Shown: positions 40,491 through 50,812 of the stretch, one piece after another
Layout: each line of letters starts with the position of its first letter
Numbering within the stretch: the stretch's first letter is position 1
Origin: a bacterium
Lineage (GTDB): Bacteria; Bacteroidota; Ignavibacteria; UBA10030
Reading direction: 5' to 3'
Assembly: GCA_043803945.1 (NCBI GenBank)
Contig: JAZDJN010000098.1
Location: forward strand, 26,947-90,946
Length of the DNA stretch: 64,000 bases
Program-made: the position numbers and the translations under genes
The notes under the pieces: model-generated
Database searches by the model: none
What the model was told of the DNA's origin: nothing
The model's input: the letters and a program-made list of their open reading frames with translations, nothing else

Positions 40491-42689
40491 ATGGAAGAAC
40501 AGCCCAATCCGATAAAGACGAGATTACAACAGAAAAGAAACCTTGCAATCGCTCTTGCCCTCTTATGTTCGGCAATCGTCATTGTTCTCTTTGAATATGA
40601 GATCTTTGAACCTGTGGAATTGAATACACTCGATGTCCGCTCGCGGCTCTTCGCAGAGAAGAAAGACGCAGATACCAATATCGTGATCATTGCCATCGAT
40701 GAGAGCAGCCTGTATGGAATTAAAAAAGAGAATAACGTCGTCTGGCCATGGCCGCGTGACCTCTATGCGGCACTCGTCGATTATTTACATCATGCAGGAG
40801 CTAAGATGGTCATTTTCGACATTCTTTTCACCGATCCTGACATCGACCGCCTTTCCTCTGATGGTATCGAGAATGATCGAAAATTTGCTGAGGCAATGAA
40901 ACAAGCGGGCAATGTCATACTTCCCGGACAACTATTAAAAGGGAACAATACCTATCATAATGACAATCCAATCAACTATCGGCAGAACCTTTCGATCGTT
41001 GGTCATCCAGGTTCACTAAAGAATGAAGAGTATTCCAGTCATCTCTTCCCCATACCGATGTATCAGGATGCTTTGGCCGGCATTGGAATGGCAAATTATT
41101 ATGCCGACCCGGAGGATGGTACGTGCCGTCGAACTCCTGTCATGTTTCCATACAACGGAAGTTACTATCCACAATTAGGATTTTCAGCATATCTCAAAAC
41201 CATCAAAGCTGATACAGTCACGATTGAGAAAAAATTATTGAGAATCAGGAATAGAGATATCCCGGTTGATCAAGACGGCAATTTTCTGATCAAGTGGTAC
41301 GGCAAAGGGGGAACAAACGGGTGCTTCAACTATTATCCCATTGCTTCCGTCATTCTGTCGCAAAGGGATATCCTTGTTGGTGAAAAACCAAGAATCGATC
41401 CGGTACGTTTCAAAGATAAATATGTTTTCATTGGATCGACTGCAGCAGGATTGCTCGATTTTAAAAACACTCCCTTTACCGGGTACGAGCCATATCCTGG
41501 ATTGGAAATATCAGCAACGATCTTGAGCAACCTTCTCAAATCGGATTATCTTACACGCAATCACACCATAGTTCCATTAACGGCAATTGTCCTGTTCTCG
41601 CTCATCATCTCCTTGTCGTTTGTGCTGCTCAGAAAAGTACGGGAAGTGGTGGTGCTCATGCTCGCATGTATGGCTCTCTGGTCGGGGATTGCATTGCTCG
41701 GATTTGCCTACGCCAATAGCTGGATCGATGTTGTGGCGCCGAACACCGCAATGATTCTCTCATTTGCTGCTATGGCAGTGGTGAGCTACAGTACGGAATG
41801 GCGGGAGCGGAATCGTCTTCGGTCTATCTTTTCCCACTACGTCGGCCAGGAGGTCATTAGCGAGATCGTCGAAAAATCAGAGACGATCGATCTTGGCGGC
41901 AAGGATGTGCAAGGCACAATACTGTTCACCGATATAAAAAATTTTACAAACATCAGTGAAGACATCGGTGATCCACATAAATTAGTCGAGATGATGAATA
42001 TCTACTTTGGAAGCGCGACGGAGTGCATATTCCGGAACAAAGGTCTTCTCGATAAATATATTGGCGATTCGATCATGGCAATTTTCGGTGCGCCTGTCCC
42101 TCTACAAAATCATGGCTGGCTCGCGTGTAACACGGCATTGGAAATTCAGAAGTTGCTGGAGGAGCAGAGGCACACGTTGTTGAGCGCATATCCTGAATTA
42201 TTCACACGCTTTGGAATTAATACCGGCAAGATGATTGTAGGAAATATTGGCTCTCTCAAACGAATGAATTACACCGCTCTGGGTGACTCTGTCAACCTCG
42301 CATCGCGCCTGGAGACAGCAAATAAAACATACCATACAAATATTCTTATCAGTGAGTATACACTGAAAGAGGTTGCCGATCTCTTTGTCGTGCGTCCGCT
42401 CGATAAGATTACCGTGATGGGAAAAACCAAGCCGGTCTCCATTTACGAGTTGGTAGGAAAACCGGGGGAAGTATCGGATGAGAGACTTGAGGCGGTGAAT
42501 CAATTTCGCTCGGGATTGAATTTCTATTTTGAAAGAAATTTCAGAAAAGCGAAACGTGTATTCGAGGAGATTCTTAAAAACCATAAGGAAGATGGTCCAT
42601 CGGAAATTTTCCGTATGCGATGCGAAGCCTATATTAAAACGCCACCGGCAAAAACCTGGGACGGGACTTACACGATGACTTCAAAATAG
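40491..42689 (+). CDS. CHASE2-domain class III adenylate/guanylate cyclase
   Basis: IIAIDESS...WPWPR...FDILF (CHASE2); three TM helices; LFTDIKNFT, DKYIGDSIMAIFGAP, YTALGDSVNLASRLE. Confidence 0.93.
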   Translation: MEEQPNPIKTRLQQKRNLAIALALLCSAIVIVLFEYEIFEPVELNTLDVRSRLFAEKKDADTNIVIIAIDESSLYGIKKENNVVWPWPRDLYAALVDYLHHAGAKMVIFDILFTDPDIDRLSSDGIENDRKFAEAMKQAGNVILPGQLLKGNNTYHNDNPINYRQNLSIVGHPGSLKNEEYSSHLFPIPMYQDALAGIGMANYYADPEDGTCRRTPVMFPYNGSYYPQLGFSAYLKTIKADTVTIEKKLLRIRNRDIPVDQDGNFLIKWYGKGGTNGCFNYYPIASVILSQRDILVGEKPRIDPVRFKDKYVFIGSTAAGLLDFKNTPFTGYEPYPGLEISATILSNLLKSDYLTRNHTIVPLTAIVLFSLIISLSFVLLRKVREVVVLMLACMALWSGIALLGFAYANSWIDVVAPNTAMILSFAAMAVVSYSTEWRERNRLRSIFSHYVGQEVISEIVEKSETIDLGGKDVQGTILFTDIKNFTNISEDIGDPHKLVEMMNIYFGSATECIFRNKGLLDKYIGDSIMAIFGAPVPLQNHGWLACNTALEIQKLLEEQRHTLLSAYPELFTRFGINTGKMIVGNIGSLKRMNYTALGDSVNLASRLETANKTYHTNILISEYTLKEVADLFVVRPLDKITVMGKTKPVSIYELVGKPGEVSDERLEAVNQFRSGLNFYFERNFRKAKRVFEEILKNHKEDGPSEIFRMRCEAYIKTPPAKTWDGTYTMTSK

Positions 42690-42699
42690 GATGGGTACA

Positions 42700-43941
42700 A
42701 TGAATAAAATAATCATGTCCTCAGTAGTTCTTTTCATCACGATGACCCTGCACGCGCAATCAATCGAGTACACAAAAAGAGAGAAGAATGAGGTTCGTGA
42801 AGGACCCGGAAGCTATTATCGATTGATGGGATTGATTTTGAAGGGGACAGCAATACCTGTTTTAAAAAAAGAGGGCGGGTGGATAAATTTTTCGACCAAA
42901 CAGATGAAAGATCTCGCAAAATTCAATGCGGGCTGGCTGTCGAAGAATTGCCTGTCGGAAAAACAATTGGGAAAAGATATTCAAAACTTCAAAGGCGGGG
43001 CAGGTGCTATGCAAGTATCCCAGGCTGCGGTGGCGGCTGCTGTGCGAGGATTTGCACTTCGTTACGGCCGGACGAATCCGCCGACCATAGACTCATTGCT
43101 CAGCTATTCAAGCGACATATTCGCTCCTGAGGAATTTGAGAATTTCAAAACATCTGCTGAATCACCGAAATCGAGATCGGCAATAACTCCTGCGGAGGTG
43201 AAAGGAGTCGTTGAAGAAGAAGGGATCACTCTTCAGGAGGAAGGAATCGGTTTGGGCATTGCAGCCCGCATTGCTGCAGATGGATTGATAAACGAACCGA
43301 AACTGATCAAATATGCAAATCTCCTTGCTGCGCTCCTGATCGAATCGACGGGTGCCTACGATATGCCAATGAGAGTGTACGTCAGGACAAGTGAAAATCT
43401 CGATGCGTTTGCACTTCCCGGCGGGTACATCTTTATCAGTAAAGGACTGGTCAATGCCTGTGAAGATGAAGCTGAGTTTGCTGCCGTGATCGCACATGAG
43501 ATTGTGCATGTCCTCTTCCGGCATGGGTTGCAGGAGGTCCAGAAGAGAATGCCGAATATTCGAATGGACGAGGCGATGGATGAATTGGATCGGGAGGTGG
43601 GGGTGAAGAACAATGAAGCAGTTCAGGAATTGGAAGATTTTGCAATTGCCGCCTATGAAACTGTCGTAAAGCCCCGTCTGCAATCGTACGAGGAGGAAGC
43701 GGATCGCTATGCGGCGCTCATCCTCGCTCGGACAGGATACGATCCCTCTGCGGTCGCACGAATGATTTTGAGAATTCGCGATTCCATCAAACCGGCGGAA
43801 GATCTGGATAAGGACAATCCATTCCTCAAATATGATTTTCAGAAGCGATATAAGAAATTGACTTCCTTCATCAAGGAATCACAGTTACCCACGAGTGGTA
43901 TGACGAATGCGGAAAGATTGAGAGCGGTAACGGGAAGATAA
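42700..43941 (+). CDS. Exported SH3-like + M48-family zinc metallopeptidase
   Basis: VREGPGSYY (SH3b-like); DAFALPGGYIFISKGL...AAVIAHEIVH...EEEADR. Confidence 0.82.
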   Translation: MNKIIMSSVVLFITMTLHAQSIEYTKREKNEVREGPGSYYRLMGLILKGTAIPVLKKEGGWINFSTKQMKDLAKFNAGWLSKNCLSEKQLGKDIQNFKGGAGAMQVSQAAVAAAVRGFALRYGRTNPPTIDSLLSYSSDIFAPEEFENFKTSAESPKSRSAITPAEVKGVVEEEGITLQEEGIGLGIAARIAADGLINEPKLIKYANLLAALLIESTGAYDMPMRVYVRTSENLDAFALPGGYIFISKGLVNACEDEAEFAAVIAHEIVHVLFRHGLQEVQKRMPNIRMDEAMDELDREVGVKNNEAVQELEDFAIAAYETVVKPRLQSYEEEADRYAALILARTGYDPSAVARMILRIRDSIKPAEDLDKDNPFLKYDFQKRYKKLTSFIKESQLPTSGMTNAERLRAVTGR

Positions 43942-44282
43942 GATTCGGAACAGGAATTCGCTTCAGGTGAAGAATGACATAGATATGTCATTGAATGAGT
44001 AAAGGGCAGTAGTGAACTTCTCTCTCGTTACTGTCCGCAATCACATGCATCTTGTTTATGAGTAACTCATATCTATTACAAATCGGAAGCGATTATCGAA
44101 GCATTCAAACAGGGATTAATTTGGTGACATCGCTTCGATCATTCCGAGTGGATGAGGAAAGAAATTCTCACGAAGGAACATCAGAAGCGAATCCTGATGC
44201 TCCAGTTTTAAAGATATGTCGATGAAAAACAAGTCAGACCCATCATATCATAACATTTACGCCTCATAGGCAGGAGGATATC

Positions 44283-47144
44283 ATGATCCGAGTATTTCAT
44301 ATTCTAATCTTATGTGCAATCGTTAGCTCTTTGTTATTGAGCCAGACTGCTAAGGTTTCAGAATCCGATCCACTTGTACCCTTTAGCGAAAATGGTAAGT
44401 GGGGGTATATCGATGGAACCGGTAAAATCGTTGTACCCGCGAAGTACGACCTAACAGATTTCTTCTCTGATGGCATGGCACGAATTACTGTAAAAGATAG
44501 AATTGGCTTTGTTGACAAGGCAGGGAAGCTGGTAATTGATCCACAATTTGAGAGCGCTAAAAATTTCTTTGAAGGTTTGGCCGCGGTTAATGTGAATGGC
44601 AAATGGGGATACATCGATAAGAATGGAAAGATAGTTATCAAAGCTATATATGATAAGGCTGAGAAATTTTCGGAAGGATTCGCTCTCGTCAAATTAGGTG
44701 GAATGTCAGGATATCTCGATAAAACTGGTAAAATGCATATCATAATGGGATATACTGCCATCCTCGATTATGCAGAGGGGATGGCTGGAATATCAAAAGG
44801 GGGTAAAGTTGGATTTATAGATTCAAAAGGTGAAGTAGCTATTGATCCAACGTTTGATGGAATCCTGGATTTTTCTGAAGGTGTTGCAGCAGTAAAAGCC
44901 GGGAAAAGAGCCGGTTTCATCGATAAGTCAGGCAAATATATAATTGAGCTTCTATATGATAATGTTGGAAGTTACTATCAAGGACGTGCCCGGGTAGAAC
45001 TGGGAAAGAAGTGGGGAGTCATTGATAAGACGGGGGCGTACATTGTTGAGCCCAAATTTGATGCTGTCCTTGACTTCAATGATGGTTTCGCGTCGGTGGG
45101 AGCAAAGGGAAAATTTGGATTTATCGATTTGAATGGACGGAGTGTGATCGAGCTTCAATATAACGACGTTGAAAAATTTTCTCAGGGATTAGCGGCTGTC
45201 AAAATTGGTGAGAAGTGGGGGTATATCGATAAGTCGGGGAAACTTGTAATCGAAGCGCAATTCAACGTTGCTAATAAGTTTATGGGAATAGGATTGGCGC
45301 AAGTGTCGCAGAGTGATAAATGGGGATATTGTGATAAGAGCGGGAAGATTGTCTGGATGAGTTCGGAATTGGATGGATTAATCTTTGGAGCGGATGAATG
45401 CTTACGAGAAGACAAGTACGATGATGCGATTGAGAAATACACGAAAGCGCTCAAGCTTGATCCAAAGAAAAGTTATGCCTACCACTGGCGGGCTGGGGCA
45501 TATCTTGGGAAGAAAATGTACGATGAGGCGATCCAGGATTTCAGCAAAGCGATTGAATTTGATCCCAAAGATGCTAATGCTTACTACTATCGAGGAGCAT
45601 GTCTTCGCTACAAAGATTCTTATGACGAGGCCATTAAGGATCTGACAAAAGCAATCGAGTTAAGTCCCAAACAGGTCAAGTGCTATTCTGATCGCGCTGA
45701 CACTTACTTCCGTAAGAAAATGTATGCAGAAGCAATTCGAGATTATACGAAAGCAATCGAGCTTCAACCCACACAAGGAGACTTCTATATCTATAGAGGG
45801 AGTGCATACAATGCGATGAACAATCCTGAGAAGGCGTTGGCGGATTTCAAGAAAACCGTTGAGGTAGATCCCTATGGTGCAAAAAGCCATTACAGCCTTG
45901 CTCATTATTATTACGGAGCGGGTAAGTATGATGAGGCGATTCAAAGTTGTACGAAAGCTATTGAGTACAATCCAGAATATGCAGAAGCCCATTACATTCG
46001 GGCATCGTCTTGCTTTTCGAAAAAAGGATACGATGATGCGATCAAGGATTATACTGCGGCTATCGAATTGGACCCAAAGTATGTCGACGCCTACTATTGG
46101 CGTGGGATGTCATATCATATGAAGAATTCGATGAATGAGGCAGTAAAAGATTACAGCAAAGCCATTGAGTTGAATCCAAAGCATGCAGATGCTTACTATC
46201 AACGGGGAAAATGCTATTATGCAAAAGATTCTTTTAATGATGCAATTAAGGATCAGACCAGTGCGATTGAACTCGATCCGAAATATAGGGATGCGTACTT
46301 CTGGCGGGCTGCCGCTTACGGTGGCAAGGAAATGTATAATGAAGCAATACAAGAGTACACCAAGCTCATTGAGCTATTCCCGGATTATGCCGATGCCTAC
46401 TACGAGCGGGGCAATATGTATTATCAAAAGGGCTCGTACGATGAAGCTATCAAAGAGTACACAATAGCAATTAAGATGGACCCGAAGAAGACAGACTACT
46501 ATTTATATCGAGGAAATGCTTTCTATGCAACGCAAGCATATGACAGGGCGATTGAGGACTACAAGAAGATTGTTGAATTGGATCCAAAGAATGCTAAGGG
46601 ATTCTATTGGCTCGGCACCAGCTACTATGTAAAAGGCTCAAGTGATGAGGCGATAGCGAATTTCACCAAGACTATTCAACTTGATCCAAAGCAGGCCGAT
46701 GCATTTCTTATGCGTGGTCATATCTATTATAAGAAGAAGACATTCGATGATGCAATCAGTAATTATTCAGAGGCAATCGAGGTGAATCCCAACTCCTCTG
46801 AGCCGTACTACTGGCGTGCGAATTGTTATCGTAAGCTGCAGAAAGAACAGTTGACTCTCGAGGATTTTTCAAAGGCGATTCAGCTTGGCACTAAATATGC
46901 CTATGCCTATTCATACCGCGGTTCATATTACCAGAATCAGAGTAAATATAATGAAGCGGTAGCGGATTATACGAAAGCGATAAGCTTGGATCCATCAGAG
47001 GCAACGTATTACTACAATCGTGGAATTGCCTATTACGGATTGGGGCAGAGAGATCCGGCTATACGGGATTTCAAGAAAGCAGCAGACTTAGGGGATACTG
47101 ATGCAAGAGAGACGCTAAAGAAATATTACAATATTAACTATTAG
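44283..47144 (+). CDS. Exported WG-repeat + TPR-repeat protein
   Basis: KWGYIDK.GK..I...F.EGLAAV repeats, then about 17 TPRs (AYY.RG......Y.EAI.DY.KAIELDP); AGGAGG RBS. Confidence 0.9.
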   Translation: MIRVFHILILCAIVSSLLLSQTAKVSESDPLVPFSENGKWGYIDGTGKIVVPAKYDLTDFFSDGMARITVKDRIGFVDKAGKLVIDPQFESAKNFFEGLAAVNVNGKWGYIDKNGKIVIKAIYDKAEKFSEGFALVKLGGMSGYLDKTGKMHIIMGYTAILDYAEGMAGISKGGKVGFIDSKGEVAIDPTFDGILDFSEGVAAVKAGKRAGFIDKSGKYIIELLYDNVGSYYQGRARVELGKKWGVIDKTGAYIVEPKFDAVLDFNDGFASVGAKGKFGFIDLNGRSVIELQYNDVEKFSQGLAAVKIGEKWGYIDKSGKLVIEAQFNVANKFMGIGLAQVSQSDKWGYCDKSGKIVWMSSELDGLIFGADECLREDKYDDAIEKYTKALKLDPKKSYAYHWRAGAYLGKKMYDEAIQDFSKAIEFDPKDANAYYYRGACLRYKDSYDEAIKDLTKAIELSPKQVKCYSDRADTYFRKKMYAEAIRDYTKAIELQPTQGDFYIYRGSAYNAMNNPEKALADFKKTVEVDPYGAKSHYSLAHYYYGAGKYDEAIQSCTKAIEYNPEYAEAHYIRASSCFSKKGYDDAIKDYTAAIELDPKYVDAYYWRGMSYHMKNSMNEAVKDYSKAIELNPKHADAYYQRGKCYYAKDSFNDAIKDQTSAIELDPKYRDAYFWRAAAYGGKEMYNEAIQEYTKLIELFPDYADAYYERGNMYYQKGSYDEAIKEYTIAIKMDPKKTDYYLYRGNAFYATQAYDRAIEDYKKIVELDPKNAKGFYWLGTSYYVKGSSDEAIANFTKTIQLDPKQADAFLMRGHIYYKKKTFDDAISNYSEAIEVNPNSSEPYYWRANCYRKLQKEQLTLEDFSKAIQLGTKYAYAYSYRGSYYQNQSKYNEAVADYTKAISLDPSEATYYYNRGIAYYGLGQRDPAIRDFKKAADLGDTDARETLKKYYNINY

Positions 47145-47308
47145 AGTAGCTGCCCAGCTATGTAGTCACGAAGACACTATGGCACGAAGTTTCTTACATA
47201 ACAAATTTATTGAAATCAGATATTTCTTGGTGTCTTCGAGCCTTTGTGGCGAAAACGCTGAGCAAACACCTATTAGATTGATGTGTTCAGTTTATTGTGA
47301 GGTCTACA

Positions 47309-50300
47309 ATGGAAACACAACACAAAATCGTCTCTTGGTTCGTCGTACGGTTTGTTGTTATGAGCGTAAATGTTTTTGCACAACAACCGGAGCTCGTTGT
47401 TCAAACCGGACACGCAGAAGATGTGAGCACGGTGGCATTTAGCTTGGACGGCAAGCTCTTGGCATCCGGCGGCAGAGACAAAGCAGTAATTCTCTGGGAT
47501 GTGAAGACCGGTAAACAGATGCGAACATTGACTGGTCATTCGGATAAAATTAAAACAGTCGCGTTCTTACCAGGGGGTAAATACTTTATCTCTTCATCCA
47601 TAGGAGAGACAAAGCTGTGGAATATGGAAACGTGGAATGAGCTGAGAAGATTTTCAAGCGGAGGGACAGTCGCCGTCAGCACTGACGGGAAAACGATTGC
47701 TACTGGAGGTGGAGATGGTGTCCAGCTTTTTGACGTGAAGGCAGGGAGGGCAGTACAAACATTTAAGGGATCAGCAAGTGCACTCAAGTTCAGCCCAGAC
47801 GGTACGATGCTCGCTTCAGCGACGTCAAATGGGAAATCAGTACAATTGTGGGATCTCAACTCCGGCAAATCCCTCCGCGTGATGGGAGGACATAAAGGGA
47901 CTGTTATCTCGATAGCATTTAGTCCTGATAGTAAGCTTCTTGCATCCGGTGATGAATTGGGAGATGGAACAATTGAACTTTTTGATGTTGCCACCGGGAA
48001 GGAGCTGAAGACCTTCTCGATGGGTACGCCGTGGGCGAATGGCTCGCTTGAGTTCAGCCGCGATGGGAAGGTTCTCATCTCAGCTATTCGCGATGCCCTT
48101 GATCCCGTGATCCGGTTTTGGGATATCGAGAAAGGTGTCGTTATAAAGACCCTCAAGGGTCACGCCTCCTCTGTATACTCAATCTCGCTTAGCCCTGATG
48201 GAATGATGTTAGCATCAGGGAGCGCTGATAAATCGATTCGGTTATGGGAGATTGATGCAATCATGCCAAGCTCGATTTTGGCAGGATACTCAAGTCCTGT
48301 TCAACAGGTTGCGTTGAGCCCGGATGGAAAGCTCCTCGCAACAGCACATGGGGAGGGAGGAATACTTGGAAGTAAAAATGAATCTGTGCGATTGTGGGAC
48401 CTGGCAACGGGTCAGGGAGTCAAAACACTCTCAGGACATTTAAGAACCGTGACTTGTGTTGCCTTCAATCCGAATGGGAAACTCCTTGCTTCTGGCAGCA
48501 AGGATTACCTCGTGAAGATTTGGGATATCTCGACGGGAAAAGAGATCAGATCATTCAATGCTCATAATAAGAATGAGATATGTGCTGTGGCATTTAGTCC
48601 TGATGGAAAAACACTTGCTACCGGAGGCAGCGATAAATACTTAAGACTCTGGGATACAGAGTCATGGCAGGAGATCAAGAGTGCTCAGCATGAAGACGGT
48701 GTCGTTGGAATCGCATATAGCTCTGATGGAAAAATCGTCGCGACATGTATCGGTTCCGCTTTTGGGATAGGGAGACTTTCCAAGAAGAACGATATACAAT
48801 TGTGGAATGCGAAGACTGGCGAAAATATACGTTCTCTTTCGGAACCGGGTCGTGGTGAAAAGCCGCTCGATTTTGTACCTGATGTGAAATCAGTTGCCTT
48901 CAGCCCAAACGGGAAAATACTTGCAGCCGGATGCAGCGATAAGACAATAAAAATGTGGGAAGTCGCCTCCGGACGGTTCATTGGCAGCGGGGAAGCACAT
49001 ACAGATGATGTACGTTCAATTGCTTACAGCCCGGATGGCGGACTACTCGCTTCATCAAGTGCCAGTCTCTATGGAGCAGGTGATGACTTCGATATCAAAC
49101 TCTGGGACACTAAAGCGGGGCGGCAATTGAACACACTTTCAGGTCACTCCAATGGAGTGGTCTCTGTGGCCTTCAGTCGCGATGGAAAATTTCTCTTTTC
49201 TGGAAGCTCCGATGCAAGAACAAAAATCTGGGATGTGGCGACAGGCAAGGAACTGGCAACACTCATCGGCCTGGGTGAGAAAGATTGGGTTGTCGTTACT
49301 CCCGATGGACGGTTTGACGGCCCAACCGAAGGAATGAAACTCATTCATTACGTCCAGGAGGACCAGGTCATTCCTCTCGATGCTCTATTCGAGCAGTTCT
49401 ATACACCGAAACTTCTGGCTCAGGTGATGTCGGGTCAGTTGGCAACGCTGAAACCACCGGCGGTGGATTTATCGAAAGGGATGAAGCTGCCGCCGCTCGT
49501 TCGTATCGTGTCACCGAAGGAGGGAGAATCATTCTCGAAGGAATCGATAACGGTGAGTGTTGAAGCAACAGATCAAGGAGGAGGAATTGACGAGATCCGG
49601 TTATATCAGAATGGCAAGCTTGTCTCGGAAGACCAACGCGGGATGAAGGTAGTCTCAACCGTCGGTAGTAAGAGAACGAAAGAATTTAAAGTTACCTTGC
49701 TGCCGGGGATGAATGAGTTTTCAGCGACGGCATTCAATACGGATAGAACGGAATCGACACCAGCATCACTAAAGATAGAACTGAGAGCAGTGAGTTCGGG
49801 TGCAAACCTCTACGTACTTGCAATCGGCATCAATGAGTATACGAATTCGAAGTATACGTTAAACTATGGGAGACCTGATGCACAGGCGTTTTTAGAGAGC
49901 GTTGTACAGCGGGCGGTAGGGATTTTCAAGGAGGTCAAGCAAGAGAAAGTCTATGATCGTGAGGCAGTTCGCAGCACGATCGAAGGAGCATTCAAGAAGG
50001 TAATGTCGGAGGCGAGGCCACAGGATGTCTTTGTGTTTTTCTATGCGGGGCACGGAGTGATGAGCGAGGGAGATGCGGCGAGTCCGGCAGAGTTTTATCT
50101 CATACCGAGCGATATCACCCAGTTGTATGGCAGGGACGAGATGCTCAAGGCGAAGGGGATTTCAGCGAAGATGTTGCGGGAGTACTGTTCAGGGATTAAG
50201 GCGCAGAAGCAGTTGGTGGTGATCGATGCGTGTCAGTCGGGAGGAGCAGTAGAAACGTTTGCGATGCGTGGAGCGTCCGAGGAGAAAGCGATCTTGCAAT

Positions 50301-50578
50301 TGGCGCGGAGTGCTGGTGTGGTGGTGCTGGCATCGACGGGATCGGAGCAGTTTGCATCGGAGTTCAAGCAGTTGGGTCATGGCGTTTTTACGTATGCATT
50401 ACTGGAGGGAATAGCAGGAGAGGCAGATGGATCTCCGAAGGATGGGAAAATTACGGTGAAGGAACTTGAGGCGTATCTGAATGAGAAGGTGCCGGAGTTG
50501 ACGACGAGGTATCGTGGGGCGGCGCAATATCCCAACAGCTATTCGAAAGGCCAGGATTTCCCGCTGGTTGTTAAGTAA
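47309..50578 (+). CDS. Exported WD40 + Ig-like + caspase-like protein
   Basis: FA|QQPELVVQTGH; WD40 repeats; DQGGGIDEIRLY; FYAGHG...DACQSG. Confidence 0.9.
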   Translation: METQHKIVSWFVVRFVVMSVNVFAQQPELVVQTGHAEDVSTVAFSLDGKLLASGGRDKAVILWDVKTGKQMRTLTGHSDKIKTVAFLPGGKYFISSSIGETKLWNMETWNELRRFSSGGTVAVSTDGKTIATGGGDGVQLFDVKAGRAVQTFKGSASALKFSPDGTMLASATSNGKSVQLWDLNSGKSLRVMGGHKGTVISIAFSPDSKLLASGDELGDGTIELFDVATGKELKTFSMGTPWANGSLEFSRDGKVLISAIRDALDPVIRFWDIEKGVVIKTLKGHASSVYSISLSPDGMMLASGSADKSIRLWEIDAIMPSSILAGYSSPVQQVALSPDGKLLATAHGEGGILGSKNESVRLWDLATGQGVKTLSGHLRTVTCVAFNPNGKLLASGSKDYLVKIWDISTGKEIRSFNAHNKNEICAVAFSPDGKTLATGGSDKYLRLWDTESWQEIKSAQHEDGVVGIAYSSDGKIVATCIGSAFGIGRLSKKNDIQLWNAKTGENIRSLSEPGRGEKPLDFVPDVKSVAFSPNGKILAAGCSDKTIKMWEVASGRFIGSGEAHTDDVRSIAYSPDGGLLASSSASLYGAGDDFDIKLWDTKAGRQLNTLSGHSNGVVSVAFSRDGKFLFSGSSDARTKIWDVATGKELATLIGLGEKDWVVVTPDGRFDGPTEGMKLIHYVQEDQVIPLDALFEQFYTPKLLAQVMSGQLATLKPPAVDLSKGMKLPPLVRIVSPKEGESFSKESITVSVEATDQGGGIDEIRLYQNGKLVSEDQRGMKVVSTVGSKRTKEFKVTLLPGMNEFSATAFNTDRTESTPASLKIELRAVSSGANLYVLAIGINEYTNSKYTLNYGRPDAQAFLESVVQRAVGIFKEVKQEKVYDREAVRSTIEGAFKKVMSEARPQDVFVFFYAGHGVMSEGDAASPAEFYLIPSDITQLYGRDEMLKAKGISAKMLREYCSGIKAQKQLVVIDACQSGGAVETFAMRGASEEKAILQLARSAGVVVLASTGSEQFASEFKQLGHGVFTYALLEGIAGEADGSPKDGKITVKELEAYLNEKVPELTTRYRGAAQYPNSYSKGQDFPLVVK

Positions 50579-50595
50579 TCCCTGGAAATCCGGTT

Positions 50596-50712
50596 GAAAA
50601 GTCCACCACTGCGCCAGCGGCGCACCTGTCCACCCTGCCTGCGGCAGGCAGGCGTCTGTTTGGCGGATCAGCCTCTGGCTGAGAAGGACACCCTGCCTGC
50701 CGCAGGCAGGGA
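50596..50712. repeat. AAAAGTCCA(A)CCAC element with nested twin-hairpin and CCTGCCTGC(G/C)GCAGGCAGG palindromes
   Basis: Related starts at 57109 and 62389; CCTGCCTGC palindromes at 50634 and 50692. Confidence 0.7.
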
Positions 50713-50812
50713 GGGGATATGGGGTGGTTCGGATTTGCAAATGAGAACCTATATTGATTGATGACATTTCTTATTTGCGCAAGGTGAGTAATTCATTTTT
50801 TTTGGATTGAAC

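Noticed and set aside
43942-44282. Riboswitch in the 340-bp gap before the WG/TPR gene
   Set aside because: One imperfect hairpin and an ATGAGTAACTCAT palindrome, but no riboswitch consensus that I recognise; an Rfam search would be needed
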